Positions 1 through 13,676 of a stretch of 64,000 nt of DNA are shown piece by piece; positions within the stretch are counted from its first letter, which is position 1; each line of letters starts with the position of its first letter. Source of the stretch: Balanoglossus misakiensis. Taxonomy: Eukaryota > Animalia > Hemichordata. A model generated the notes under the pieces. That model ran no database searches. It worked only from the letters and a program-made list of their open reading frames with translations, and was not told the DNA's origin. The stretch covers positions 3,068,902 to 3,132,901 of the forward strand of contig CM082585.2 in assembly GCA_040954595.2 (NCBI GenBank). Reading direction: 5' to 3'. The translations under genes and the position numbers were made by a program.

Positions 1-140
1 GGTCGTGGCGACTGCAGTGATGTTTGTGTTGGTATGGGAGGACATATTCTCATCAAGGGGGACATCTACACGGCGCGATGACCCCTTCCCTTTAAAGTTG
101 AAAGCTTTAATCAGGAATCTCTAATGATCTTTCCTGTTAG

Positions 141-3100
141 ATAATTCTGGGGACTTCTTCATCGTCTTCGGCTTCAACTGTAGGAGCAGCGGTTGGGGCA
201 TCGTTTGGCTGCATTGTGCTTGTAGCCGTCATCATACTGTTGATCTTATTATATAGAAGGGGATTTTTCAAAAAGGTAAAACAATTGCTGCTTTTTCCCT
301 TTTCTTGAGTTTTTCATCAATTTTAAAGGTAGTATGCACATTAGGGAGATATTTCAGAAGAAAATTATAGTCCCCCATATCCTGCAGTTGTTTTCATCTT
401 GTTTTCATAAAAATCGTGTTTTTTTCTATATAGAGTTAATGCAACGATTGCCGGCCATTTTGAATTTCAAATATGAGTCAATTTGACTCTTTCAATGGGA
501 ATTTCACTCGATGAACTCCCTATTTTTACTCGCAAAAGTAAGAGAGAATGGTCTGAAGTTGTAAAGTATGAGAACAAATTGAGGTGCCTTAATTTACATG
601 TATCCATGTATGGTTGACAGGTGTATCTAGGTACATGTATTCAGGTGACTTTGTTGGCGCATTTTTTTCGCTTGGCCAACCAGCGAAAATCTGTGATTGG
701 TTGGATCACAACTTTCCCTGGTACATGTAAATGTGACCATGTACCTTTAACTATCCATGAAATAAATACAGTTTACGAATAGTCTCATTCTCATACAGAA
801 AACACAGGAACGCATCCCAATGGGAAATGCTGCAAAGGTATGTTTCCCAAAACTCACAGCTGAATACTGCACATACTATGACAATATATGAAAAACAGAG
901 ATAATGAGATCACTTTACCGGTGAAGTGGCATTTTGAAAATAATTAGATAAATATAGTGTAGTTTTTCTGAAACTTTTCTTGTGATGAATTTCATTGTTA
1001 TTAAGGATAGTATGCTAACGTGCCTCTGAGTCAGATTTTTAGAAACATTATAGTCCTACAAACCATTAAATTCTTTTCCAGATCAAAATGTGTAAGGAGT
1101 CTTTTCTGAAAACAAAGACTGAATTCAATGAAACTAAGCTGACGTTTTTTTTTTTAATTTCTAGTTTTTTTCAGCAGAAATATTACATTTACATTTTATT
1201 CAAAAATAATGAAAAGTGAAATACGACAATGTAATTTGGACTATATCAAGATCTTATTGTCACAAAATAGTTCCAGTCCAGTTATGTCTTGATTTATATA
1301 CTTGTTTCATGAAGTTTTGTGTTTTACAGCAACAGAGAACTGGACTTGGTAACCCCAGTTATGAAGAGCAAAACACAGGTGGAAATCAGTACACCAACAC
1401 ACCTAAAGTGTTGAACACGTCCAAACCCAATGAGTCTGCACTGTCGCGTGAGGAGATGGAGTTTTCGTCCGCCAACTTGATAGTGCAAGATAAGCTGAAA
1501 CCAGGAATACACAAAGCCAAAGCCAATAACATTGGCGGTAAAGCGGGGTATTCTCAGGTGGTGGTGAAGTCTCTCAAAGGTAGATATTCGTACCCAATCA
1601 AAATATTATTTTGTCGATTTCATAAGCATTTAGGAACATACAGCGGAACATATATAAGTGCATGGATATCTAAACAAACAAGAGCTATCATTGTTAAGGT
1701 AATACATTAATACATGCCTCGGGACAGATTTTCAAAAAGTGTCATGAGAGAATGAAGTATTGCATACATATGTATAACGTAAGGCTCTAATTCCTATTAT
1801 CAATTATGCTTTGATGGTTACTGTAATGTTTCTGAGAGCGTAAAACAGTTCAATGTACAGCAGTCCTATCTTCATTGCTATTGCGTTCGAACCTGTCTAT
1901 ATGCATAGTGGCCAAGCAAGAGACGTTCCTAAGCTGGCCTATATACCCGGTTGACAGATGGCCTTTATATACAGGTCAATTACACAGGAACTACAACAAG
2001 TGTCCTCTATATAGAGGTGGCCACTAACACAGGTTAAACCGTATTATTTTAACAGATATGTCGAACAGGACACAACGTGAACACCTACTTCACGAGTTGG
2101 ACATAATGTTGTCAACTATTCCCCACGACAATGTTATTCGATTGTTGGGTTGCATCACTCAGACCGGATCACGTGAGTAAATATACATGTACCATGCTTT
2201 CCTTGAAATATTTGGGAATTTATGCTAAAATTCATGGTGATGTGCCTGCAGTCAGGCTTATCGGAATCCCACTAGATTGACTTGATAGAATTATCTATGG
2301 AGAAAAAGATCTTCAAAAGTACTAACGTCAACAAGAACTTATTTGAAAACCAGGGATTAAAAATTACCTCATTAGAGACATAAGGCAACAATAAAAAATA
2401 TATGCTGTTCCGATTACATGGTTCTCAAAAATAGGGTAGGTAGGGGAATTTTTTTTTTATTTTGCATTTTTATATCTTTGGCCGCCATAGTGTAGAAGAA
2501 TGACGTCATAGTTCTTGCGTGATTCTCACAATTTTCATAAATTTTGTATATTTGACATCGTTATTTTTTACTTCCGATTTACGAAGCTCAAAAATGTTTA
2601 AGATCGGCGGGCTAAAATTAGGGTAGGTCGGGTAATCGGAACAGCACATATTTTTGTATTTGGCCTAAGTTTATGTTGATGTACTTGAAGGAAAACTTCT
2701 GAATAGGGGAGATGCCATTTATGATTAGGCACATTGAGAAGCTTTTGAGTGAGGCGTGGTTGAAATTGAGGCGTAACCAGTGCTCCAACTATACAATTTC
2801 TGCTGTTTTAACATGGTGCATATTTACACAAAAAACTGATATATACCTTTCCAATCATATGACACATTCGGTTCACGTAATTTTATTTATGTATGTGCAT
2901 TAGCATAATAACATACAGCGTCTGTCTTTTGTCAATCTAGCAAAACCAAGCATCATTATGGAGTTTGCCTCCTACGGCAACTTAGGAGAAGTGTTGAAAC
3001 GGAGCATCAGACACAACGTCAATGCAGGGGAGGACGACCAGATATACGATGAAGTATTTGATAGCAAGAACGCGGTGACATCAGAACAACTGATGTTATT

Positions 3101-6100
3101 TGCAGAACAAATTGTGATAGGCTTGGAGCACTTGGCGAGCATGAAGGTGAGATATTAAGTATGAATGGTTGCTGTAGGTTTTAAAGAGGTAAAATAAATC
3201 TATCAGACTGACTGAATGAATTCCGTATCCGTATTCAGATGACATATTGAATATTTTTACAGATAATTCATCGTAAACTTGGAGTTCGAAACGTTTTAGT
3301 CGGTGATGGGAAGGTCTGTAAGATCGCATCATTCTCCCATGCCATCCGTGTGGACAAGGAATCTGTCAAATCCCCACTTGAGGTAAGGGATATTAAAGGA
3401 GCATAAGCTGTAATGTTTGCTTTTATTTCCGGTATTTTCGCCATGTGTATCAAATGCAATTTCTTTTTCTACTCCAAACAGCAGGCTAACATAGTACGCA
3501 ACTTGTCAACATAACCTGCATGTGTGTAACGGCCATTGTTATTGTCGACAATGGATTCTAGTCCGACTTGAATTCAAATTTAGCACAATAACAAAACTGG
3601 TTGTGTTTATAAGCTGGATACTGGGCATTTGATCATGCCTTATGAATTTGAACAAGAAACTGCAGTAGATACAAAAAATAAAAATACTCAAACATAGTGA
3701 AAAGTTACAGCTAATAGGGATGTTTACAGAAAAGGGACATTTGAAAAGTTAACAAAACCTGTTGCTGTAAAATTTCATTTTCCAGCAATTCACCAAAAGT
3801 TTGGCATAATCTACACACCTAGAGACTGATTGACAGGTGGATATACACGAGCAGATGGATGGGCATGCACATACGGAGCGGATCGTAAAGCCCAGTAATT
3901 CCAACTTTGGGCTAATTTCTCAGTACACGCAGTTTTGCTCGGGGTAACAACTCCGGTTTCTTGTTCTACCCTGTAAAACATGAAGAATTGCTTAGTATAT
4001 GTTTTTTATTCAAAATAACTTTTTGCAGTAATCTTCATTGTAATTTTTGAAAATTGAAAATGATATCTATTACTTATGCGGCTTTGTTGAGGCGTTAACC
4101 TTTCATAAAGCTATCCGGAGTAGAACAATAAACTGGAGTTGATACATGGGGGAAAATACTGAAAACGTAGCCAAAGGTAAAGTTACTAGGGCTTTAACAT
4201 GAGGAATTTTTTACTAGGGTCGTCTCCCCATCCGTTGGATGGCACCAGAGTCTTTGAATTCCAGTGACTTCTCTTTCAAATCTGATGTTTGGACGTATGG
4301 CATCGTTTTGTGGGAGATAATCACTTTGGGTAAGCAAATTCAAATTGTCAATGGACTCCATTCTGACTGGAATATCAAACTGAAACTGGTGTAATATGTG
4401 TAGGATATCATTTCTATTACAATACATGGGAGAAAGGGTCGGCTCCTTGTCATTGATGGCATTGAACTGGATTCAAAATTAAATCATTGTTGAAGTTATG
4501 AGAAGTGTGTGTCTTACTCCTTTCACACCCAAATCCCCCTTAAGAGGTCAAACTTAGAGAACCATAGGGAACAATGGATTTGGACTGAACCTTGATGGTG
4601 AAAGGGCTAAGAACTTGGAATGATAAACCCCCATAGGTTAAAAGACCCAGGTAGTATATATGAGACTTGGTCTGGTGCAAAACACATTATGAGCCTTCTG
4701 AAAGATTTGAATATATACTACCGACCCTATTATCACTTGTGTTGACAGGTGCTTTGCCATATCCTGGACTGGAAAATAAAGAGGTTCCCCAACACATCAA
4801 ATGTGGACAACGGATGTCAAAACCTACACACTGCACAGACGAAATGTATGTTGTTGATTATTAAAGCCCCAATAGTTGCCATAATTGCATTATATATGTG
4901 ATTTTCATTTCAAACTAAGAAAGGTCCATTTACATGAACTATCTTATGGGTATAGCAAACAGATCATCAACCGCTGAGTGTGGCTGTTATTTTAAACATG
5001 AATAAAAACCTGGTGGTGCACCCATTTATTCAGCTGCCCATTGACAAAATACATGTGCATGCAGACAACAATCATGGCCATGCACGGAGGTATTAGATCT
5101 CGCGAATTCAAATCGGTGTCGACTGTTGACTAAACGTTCATCTCAAATATGCTAAAGGCTTTTATTACACCTCACTCTGTATTCCGTACTCTTAATTGGC
5201 TGAGACCGTACCACGTGACATAGAAAAACAATGTGATATTACATAGTTGACAGAGTCTATGGCCCGTTGGTAGGGGCTACGGGCCAAGGAAACGCGCGCG
5301 GTGAGAGAATATTTAAATAATAACACATGATAGCGAGGGCAATATCACGATTTGAAGCCTGCACGAGGGATGGTGATCTCTGACTACAATATTGATGATG
5401 CCCGAGCCGCAGGCGAGGGTATCATCAATATTGTGGTCAGAGATCACCAGCCCGAGGGCAGGCTTCAAATCGTGATGTTGCCCGAGCATCATGTGTTATT
5501 AATTTTATTACGCCGAACATTTGAACGTACATACAAGGCAGGCATAGAAGAACGTAGACGCGCGTCCATATGTCGTACGTTGCTGAGAATGTAAAATGTC
5601 TCGATCTCCCAAGAATTATACGATACCTACTTCGAACTTAGATTATTTTGAAAATACTGCACTGTTGGTTGCGATGTTGTTGTATTTACTGTCCGTTTGT
5701 GGTAAAATATCGTCCAGTTGAACAGGTGTTAAGCCTATGTGTCGCTTTGAAGCCATAGATACGGGAGTTGACTGATCGTGGAGGAAGCCATTGAACGACA
5801 GTTTGGAACGCGCAGAAGTCGCGCGCAGAACACAAAACAACCCAGCGGGCAATATCAGCGCACGCGACAGGGCTTTATCAACTCTAGCCATGTTATATCA
5901 CTTTTTTTTCTATATCACGTGAGCGCGTCTCAGCCAATCACGAATATGGTATAATACGTGAGGTGTAATAATTACAGGTTATAAACGGCTAGCGAGGGTA
6001 TTTGGTACGGATATAAGACCTCTCAGGTCGCTCGGTGATTATTTCCCGCCTGAGAGGTCTTATATCCGTACCAAATACCCTCGCTAGCTGTTTATAACCT

Positions 6101-7455
6101 TATTATAATATGATTTTGCTTGATAAAGATAAACAATTTCATTTTTTCAAATCCGTTGTTTGGTTGGGGATAAATCGTGCTAGTTCTAGGGCCTCGTCGC
6201 GCACTGTTCCAGAACGCGCAAGCTGAGCTCGTGCAAACGCGTTCTAGAATTTCTAAAGTCACGCGATTTTATTCTACCGCCAATAGAATGTGGAAAGTGC
6301 ATTCTATTCAGGCGCGTTCTCTTCTACATGTTCTATTTCGGTTACTTTTTAAAAACTATTCACTGTTCAGGGTCCAGGTACTAGGTATTCTTGTCGAGAA
6401 TATAAACCCCGGCTAATATAAATCAGCGAGCTAGATTCACACCAAGCATATTATAATGCCGGCTGAGAACAGGTTTTTGGTTCTGTGCATCTTTTCTGCG
6501 CTTCACGATCAGTCAACTCCCGCATATATGACTTCAAAGCAACACACAGGATTAACACCTGTTCAACTGGACGATATTTTACCGCAAACGGACAGTAAAT
6601 ACACCAAAGTCGCAACCAACACCGCGGTTTCCTCAAGATTATCTGAGTTCGAAGTAGGTACAGCGAGATATTTTAGTTCACTGCAACCTGCAACGTACGA
6701 CATGGACGCAACCCTCTATGCTGTATGTACGGTATGGTCAAATGTTCGGTATAATAAAATTAATAACACAGGTCATGCTCGGGCAATGCGGCGAGGGCAT
6801 CATCAATCTTATGGTCAGAGATCACCATCCCTCGTGCAGGCCAAAGATCATGATATTGCCCTCGCTAACATGTGTTATTATTTAACTATTTATTCTTGCT
6901 TTTGATCAAAAGAGATTTTTTTTAAATGGGGATACATTTGGTGACAATATTATGTTTTTTGATATAATTTCAGATTCAATCTTATGTTAAAATGCTGGGC
7001 TCCAAAACCAAAAAATCGTCCAACCTGTGCAGAGATTTTGAGAGAAATACGACGAATTACAAACAATGAAGATGTAAGTAGTGCATAAATATACAAGTGA
7101 TTTCAAGTGATACTTTATGTTATGACTTGCTGTTATCATTTGGTCAGGATTGCAGAGAGCCATTGAATGATCTAAACTGCCTACTGTTAAGCTAGAATAC
7201 ATCCGTACTGACCTTGACAATAATGTGACAAATTTTGGAACGGAAATGGACCAATGTACACCATTTACATTTTAAGCACCCTGGATTAATTTTTATTGGA
7301 TATTGGCTGTCTATCAACAGTAAATGAAAGTAACATCAGAGCTCGCTCAGAGATTTATCATGTTCGTGCCTTAAAATTTGAACCCCCTTTTTCAGGTTAT
7401 CAACATCGATGAGTATGATGAAGAGGTGTATGGTGATGTCGATGATCTAGGATAG
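141..7455 (+). CDS. Receptor tyrosine kinase-like gene, 3' part (TM, juxtamembrane, kinase domain); predicted pseudokinase; 5' exons lie upstream of the window
   Basis: Phase-compatible AG/GT exons: 141-275 ([26 protein letters not shown]), 799-837, 1330-1579 (NPSY...VVVKSLK), 2056-2172 ([17 protein letters not shown]), 2941-3146 ([23 protein letters not shown]), 3263-3382 ([19 protein letters not shown]), 4218-4329 ([29 protein letters not shown]), 4749-4845 ([14 protein letters not shown]), 6974-7073 (LMLKCW..RPT), 7396-7455 ([19 protein letters not shown]). The motifs are typical of FGFR/Ret/Tie-type tyrosine kinases. Confidence 0.9.
2384..2665. mobile_element. PIF/Harbinger-like (Tourist) MITE in an RTK intron
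   Basis: Imperfect TIRs GGC..TGCTGTTCCGATT / AATCGGAACAGCA..GCC with TAA on both sides. A reversed copy lies at 22902-23204. Confidence 0.7.
5162..5971. mobile_element. Non-autonomous DNA element with ~90 bp imperfect TIRs and an internal ~180 bp hairpin
   Basis: Ends TTATTACACCTCAC... and ...GTGAGGTGTAATAA. Internal palindrome 5319-5500 centred on GCCGCAGGC. Inverted partial copy at ~6450-6885 and a fragment at ~53395-53465. Confidence 0.75.
5976..6100. repeat. Near-perfect DNA palindrome (~50 bp arms)
   Basis: AGGTTATAAACGGCTAGCGAGGGTATTTGGTACGGATATAAGACCTCTCAGG, a loop, then CCTGAGAGGTCTTATATCCGTACCAAATACCCTCGCTAGCTGTTTATAACCT. Confidence 0.9.
6450..6885 (-). repeat. Inverted, partly deleted copy of the core of the 5162-5971 element
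   Basis: Reverse-complement match to 5311-5860, including TTAACACCTGTTCAACTGGACGATATTTTACC and half of the hairpin. Confidence 0.8.
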
Positions 7456-8457
7456 GCTTAGGTTCAGTTATATTCGCAGTGTGTGTGGTCACGCATGTAG
7501 AAGTTTCAAGTTTCGACGTTTGAAGGTCATTATACACAAGAGAAAGAGATTTCTCAGCAGACACACTAATGGAGCTAAGCTCCTTTAACGGAATTATTTT
7601 GCCAAATGTGTCGAACGAAAGCCAATCACTTAACATTGCATCTAAAATTGCCACACATAGATCTACATTCTTTTAATATTGCAACCAGGAGGCTGTACTT
7701 AAAAGGGCTGTTTGATGTGCTCGTATTAGGAAGAAATGCTTATTCCACCCCAACAATTTCAGACATGAATCTGAAGGCATTCCAATCAAGAATGCAATTA
7801 TTTAGCTGAAGCAAACATACCTTTTCTGCAGACAGGGTCCTGTTTGAATAATAACATGAAATTTTACGAAACTGTTTTTCAAGTAAACATATACCTTTAC
7901 AGTAAAGGTCAGAAACTCGCTAGTCAAGGTAAAATTCAACATCATCTCTTTCATAGAAAGAAATCATCAGAGGCATCAAATTGGCATCTTTTACACATTT
8001 AATTTCAATAAATCATATACATGTAGTATCTGGAACTAATGTAAACAGGAATCATATAGCTCATTATATATACCAAACTAAATTTTTACACAAGAGTTTT
8101 AGCTAAATTATCAATACACCGTGTCAATGTTATAACTTTATTGCCATACTCAGAATGAATGTTTTTAGTTCTTATAGGCTCTTAATTGCCTCTGCAATTT
8201 TGTTACATTTTACTCTAAGATAATTCTGAATCCGTATTGAAGTACACAAAGGAAAAATTCAAAATGAACCACTGTATACTGTATGTCAAACTAATCTGTA
8301 TACGCTATTCAGATGAAAATGTTTCAGAATTATAGTGCATGTGTGTATGTTTGTGCATTTGATGACAATTCACTTGTAGGTTATGGAAGAAAGAGTTTCC
8401 ATGTTGATCAGATTAAATGAGTGAACATCAGATTTTTTGTAGTTTCTCAGCATTGTT

Positions 8458-8762
<305 letters not shown>

Positions 8763-9154
8763 ATTCAATAACGATTTATCTTCTCCCAGTGCAGCTGTCA
8801 CTAACACTGACAAAAGAATAGCCACCTTCAGCATCCTGCTAGCCAGTCGTGTTTTCTTGAATGAAGATATATAACACTACAATGAACAAGTAGAGAGGCA
8901 CACATTTAGTCTAGGTTTATGTAAAGGCACTCGACATGAAAAGGATTAGCACGTTACAATGCAGCCCAATTCGAATGGAGAAGCTTACAACCCGTGATTT
9001 TGCCATTCAACTTAGAACGCCTGCCTTTCGTATATAACACGGCCGGGCTTTTATCCCAACTTGCCGAGAATATTGCACATTTCACCATTCAGTTTTGATC
9101 AATATTGAAACTGCAAGCATCGTCGAACAGGAACGTAAGTGTATGAATTTCATC

Positions 9155-9470
9155 ATTTTTAGGTCCCATTGCTTTTTACCATGGGACCTTATGGGATCGG
9201 TTGCGTCTGTATGTATGGATGTATGGATGGATGTATGGATGTATGTCTGTATGTCCGTCCATATCAAAAACTTGAAAACCGCTGCGCGTATAACCTCGAT
9301 ATTTGGTGTGCAGATGCAGGTTGGGCTGTAGATGGGAGTTTGTTCAAATGAAGTTGTCATTGCCAAAAATATGCAAATTAGCTGGAAAAATGTGAATTTG
9401 GTCAAAACTCAGTAACTCAAGAACTACTGGTCAGATTGCTTTGCAAAGTGGTGTGTATTTACTTTATTGA
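9155..9470 (+). mobile_element. Helentron/DINE-like (HINE) non-autonomous element remnant
   Basis: T-run, short hairpin AGGTCCCAT..ATGGGACCT, then a (TGTA/TGGA/GTCC)n microsatellite and a repeated core. This layout is typical of HINE/DINE-1-type elements; the family is inferred. Confidence 0.45.
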
Positions 9471-9646
9471 GTTGTTTTAATTAGGCAGGAACTCCCTCCT
9501 GTGTTTCATATAAACACAGCAAATTCCTGAATGATTACATAACTGGCTAAGTTTTATAGAGGCCAGCTGTTCTATTTAGTGTATGTACAGTACATATGCC
9601 ATTGGCAGCTTTTGGATCAGTCAGTGTTTGCGCATTGATCTCTCTC

Positions 9647-9650
<4 letters not shown>

Positions 9651-9693
<43 letters not shown>
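9651..9693. repeat. (TG)n microsatellite
   Basis: Directly visible. Confidence 0.97.
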
Positions 9694-9694
<1 letters not shown>

Positions 9695-9844
9695 TGTATA
9701 TGGCCATGTACTCCGGTGTAGACTTTCTCTTGTGTAATCCCTCAATGGGACCGCCGTGTCCTTGACGCGATTATTTAATCGCAATGATGAGATGGTTCAT
9801 GTACAACTTACAACGCGACTGCGAACCGAAGTGATGTTACCTTA

Positions 9845-10612
9845 GGCTGCATTCACAAACACCTCTGGAGGGGGGGGGGGGCGGGAGAATTCAATTTTTT
9901 TTACCGTTAATGTTCACATGCCCCCCTCAACAACCCGAAATATTTTCAAATCCCCCCCTTCTGAACTGCTAAAATTTTCAAATCCCTCCCCCCCCCTATT
10001 TTCTTTCACACAGCAAAACACATCCCCTCCCATGAAAAGATTTTGAAACTGATGTTTCCCCTTATCAGTGGGAACTGAACATTGTTTCTATTTTTTTAAA
10101 AGTATTTCTGTGTTGGGAGACATTGTAAACCGAGAAGTGAAGGGGTGGGTTTGGGAGGGGGTGTCCCCCTCCCATGTAAGAAAATTTTACAAAATACAGA
10201 GTTCAAAACTGCATTTAATGAACCCATAAGCAAATTAACTCAACTACCGGTATGTTGGGGAGGACAAATTTCACCTTCGGCGCTCAAAGTTATCATGGGG
10301 TGGGGGCAAGTCCCCTGACCTGGGACACTAGATAAACCAGTCAATGATTTAAAGGTGTTGAATGACGGGGGTGGGGGTGGGAGGTGGTGTCCCCCTCCCA
10401 CATGAGAAAAATTTGTATTATGAAGGGTTCAAAACTGCATTTTTGTGGACTCAAAATAAATATTTAGTCCTCAAAGTTTTCAAGTCCCCCCCTTTACAGT
10501 CCCTAAATTATTTCAAATCCCCCCTAACATACCCTCAATTTTTTCAAATCCCCCCCCCTCAATTCTCCTGCCCCCCCCCCCTCCAGAGGTGTTTGTAATT
10601 GTGAATGCAGCC
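9845..10612. mobile_element. PIF/Harbinger-like MITE
   Basis: TIRs GGCTGCATTCACAAACACCTCTGGAGGGGG / CCCCCTCCAGAGGTGTTTGT(AATTGT)GAATGCAGCC with a TTA TSD at 9842-9844 and 10613-10615. Confidence 0.85.
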
Positions 10613-12225
10613 TTAGTTAGTCAACTTATAGTGGTGAAGGGTTGACCATAAACCTTTTTATTTTGTGTTTTCATAGGTGTTTAGCAGTAATTATCAATCT
10701 GGCTGCCACACAAATGACGTCCAGTTTTGTATTATTTTGACATAACAAAGTTCTTTGTTTGATTGATACCAAAAGTTGTTATATTGAATTAGTTTACAGT
10801 CGCAGTAACTGAAGACGTTGGAGTTCAGACATTAGAGGCACTCCGTGGTCTATGAAATTTGTAATGCTAAAATGTGTACAATATGTCAATGACCTGTTGT
10901 CAGTAGGCAAGGTAATATGCGTGAAACACGGAAAGTATGGTCCAAACAAAATCCAGTATAAGAAGTGGAATTATTATACTCACAAAAGAGTGGATCTGCG
11001 GCCGGTATTGGCACAATCTCCGGCAAGACCAGTTGACGAGCAAAATGATATGAATGCAATGCTAACGCTAAACGCGTGTCCCGAATTTATTAGAAAAAAT
11101 AATGACATGTACATTAATTATAAAACCGCTAGAGACGTAGCCTTTAAACCATGTAAACACTAAAACCGAAAGCTCTCATCATGACATAGGTAGAACACAC
11201 TCCCAAATGTCATCGCAAATTAATCGAGGGTACATTACAGTGTAGCTGGAGTCATATATTTCAAATGGAGTAAACACTGATACGAAAAGATTTCAGCATG
11301 ACAAATGTAGAACACATTTACATTTTCAACAACTCTACATGTAGCGGCACACAAACAAACTTCCTTTTATGGCCAACTATATAGTCTGCTGCGCACTGCT
11401 TGGGGTAAACAGTCAGGGTAGATCTCTCCGCAATGCGTCCCTCTTTAACAAATCACTGCTAGCGTCAAATTCTTTGTCACAGGGTTTATTCAACACTATA
11501 CATAGACGTAAGGACGTAAGGACGTGGAACGGTAGACTTAAAGACGTGGAACAATTGACTGAAAATAAAATAAAATGATACAATACATAAAGATTTGTCA
11601 CTGTTACGCAACTCAAGGGTTCAAAGGTCAAGTTTACCACCTTGAACTGTGGCAACTTATGTAGGGCGCCCTCTAGAGGCAAGAGGCATCCACTTGCCCC
11701 CTCTAAAGTACTTTGCATTCCAAAGCCTAATTAATTATGCATAAAGCACTTTCGAACTGAAGAAACTCTAATTCTATAAAATACATCACTGAAGTCAAAC
11801 AGCAACTTGTGTTCGATGAACTGTCTAAATCAGAGTCCGTGGAGTGTATCTTGGTATGAAATATGATGTATAAAACTGATTTGAAAATTGCCACATGCCA
11901 TCTCTGCCAGGAGGGAATGGCCAACTTGTGTGGTACTCACAGTCCACGAATAAAACTCGATTTCTACAGAATATTTTGGCTCGAAAATAGGATTACCGGA
12001 ATTATGTGACCTCCTGGCTGTTAGCCCATCAAAACAATACAATTCATGGACTGGTCCGTCCCTTTTGAGTGTGTTTGAAGCACAAAACCGACACTCTCTC
12101 TTCAGCACGATGCTTGCTCTTTGAAAACCCATGTGCTTCTGAAACCTAATACTTACACTTGACTGAAGTTGGACTTTGATATGGTATTACGTAATGGGGG
12201 TAATGCCCTTGACAGGAAGTATGAG

Positions 12226-13676
12226 CACAGGGATTTATTCAGGGAACGTTTAAGTAAGAATTATATGATATAAACTGCATAAATTTGTTGTCGGTCAACT
12301 CTTCTGTCTTTGTCTTATCGATACGGTTCTAACCGGAACACTGAGGCTTCTCTGCTCATACACTACACATTATAAACAATGGATGATAAAATGCGCCCTC
12401 TTTTGGTGAACTCTGCCTACCGCCTGACCCCTCCAGCTGACCGCCGACTTGCCTTACTAGATAAGGGAAGAAGGCCGGCTGGCTGTGATTTCGCTGTCCA
12501 GCGAAATCACGGCCTGTCGCAAGTGATTTTTCAAATGTACCGCACATATAGTTGGCAGTTGTTTTTATCGTCCTGTTGACGATCAGCAGTGTTGAAATTA
12601 CCAACCACAAAGTCTACATTTGGAAGAAGATTTTTACATCAGCGCACGAAGCTGTTGGAGCTCGCGAACCCTGCCCAAAGACGTTCGTTATAATTGCTAA
12701 TGAGTAAACAACACGTAGTTAATCCGATGAATGACAACTGCAAAAAGGCGGGCCTCAGCTGTGGAATAAACAAGTAAATATGTTTACTAACAGGAAGCCA
12801 TGTGGTCACTTCTTCGCTGCCCTGTGCTCTCACTGGCTTTTCAAAACTTTTAGAATCACAGAGAACGAACTTGGTACTAATCTGTGAACAACTAAATGTC
12901 CGGTTTCCAAAAATTTCGAAAATATCCTACGTAAATGCTTCAAAGAAAGTGATCGCCTAGAAGCATCGAAACATACATCTGGCCAGAAGTGCTTTGCGGT
13001 GACCATCACCACCTTGGTCAAAGGCTACTAATCACCTGACTATAACTTTTCTCGATCGATCATCGCGATAGCATCGACTGAAAATCGAGATGCGATGTTC
13101 ACTAACTTTCATGTTCATTTTCAACTGAAAATTAGGCTTAAAAACACAAAAATTTTCGTAAATTCTCGATCATTTGATCATCGGCCGACATAGAGTGATT
13201 TTCTACAGAAATTCGGACTTCAAAAATAAAAAAGTTGTTCGTAAATTCCCAATTTTCGTAAATTTCCATCAAGAGTCGTAACTTATGACGAGATGGTGAG
13301 GCGCGACACATTGCTCCATACTCGAGCGGCTGGTTGCTTGTAGTGACGAGGACGCTCATTTATGCAAGGACATTCCCACCAAAATATATGAATATTCATG
13401 TACTCCAAGCGTCGCGCGCTTTACGCGTTGAGCGAGCTGGCCTTCTTCCCTTGTCAAGTATAGCTAGGTAGAAGGTCAGGCGGTAGGCAGAGTTCACCAA
13501 AAGAGGGCGCATTTTATCATCCATTGTTTAAATGTGTAGTGTATGAGCAGAGAAGCCTCAGTGTTCCGGTTAGAACCGTAGCGATAAGACAAAGACAGAA
13601 GAGTTGACCGACAACAAATTTATTCAGTTTATATCGTATAATTCTTACTTAAACGTTCCCTGAATAAATCCCTGTG
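12226..13676. mobile_element. P-superfamily-like non-autonomous DNA transposon with ~200 bp TIRs
   Basis: Termini CACAGGGATTTATTCAGGGAACG... / ...CGTTCCCTGAATAAATCCCTGTG. 7-bp TSD GTATGAG at 12219-12225 and 13677-13683. The CANRG terminus and 7-bp TSD fit the P superfamily. Confidence 0.8.

Noticed and set aside
1216-1710. 164 aa ORF as a standalone gene
   Set aside because: Only 1330-1579 is an RTK exon; the flanks are intron read-through.
5643-6905. Two similar ORFs ([16 protein letters not shown]) on opposite strands
   Set aside because: They come from inverted copies of a repeat, with no recognisable domain.
12356-13359. Transposase or THAP ORF inside the P-like element
   Set aside because: Only short, stop-interrupted frames; no THAP or DDE motif could be supported.
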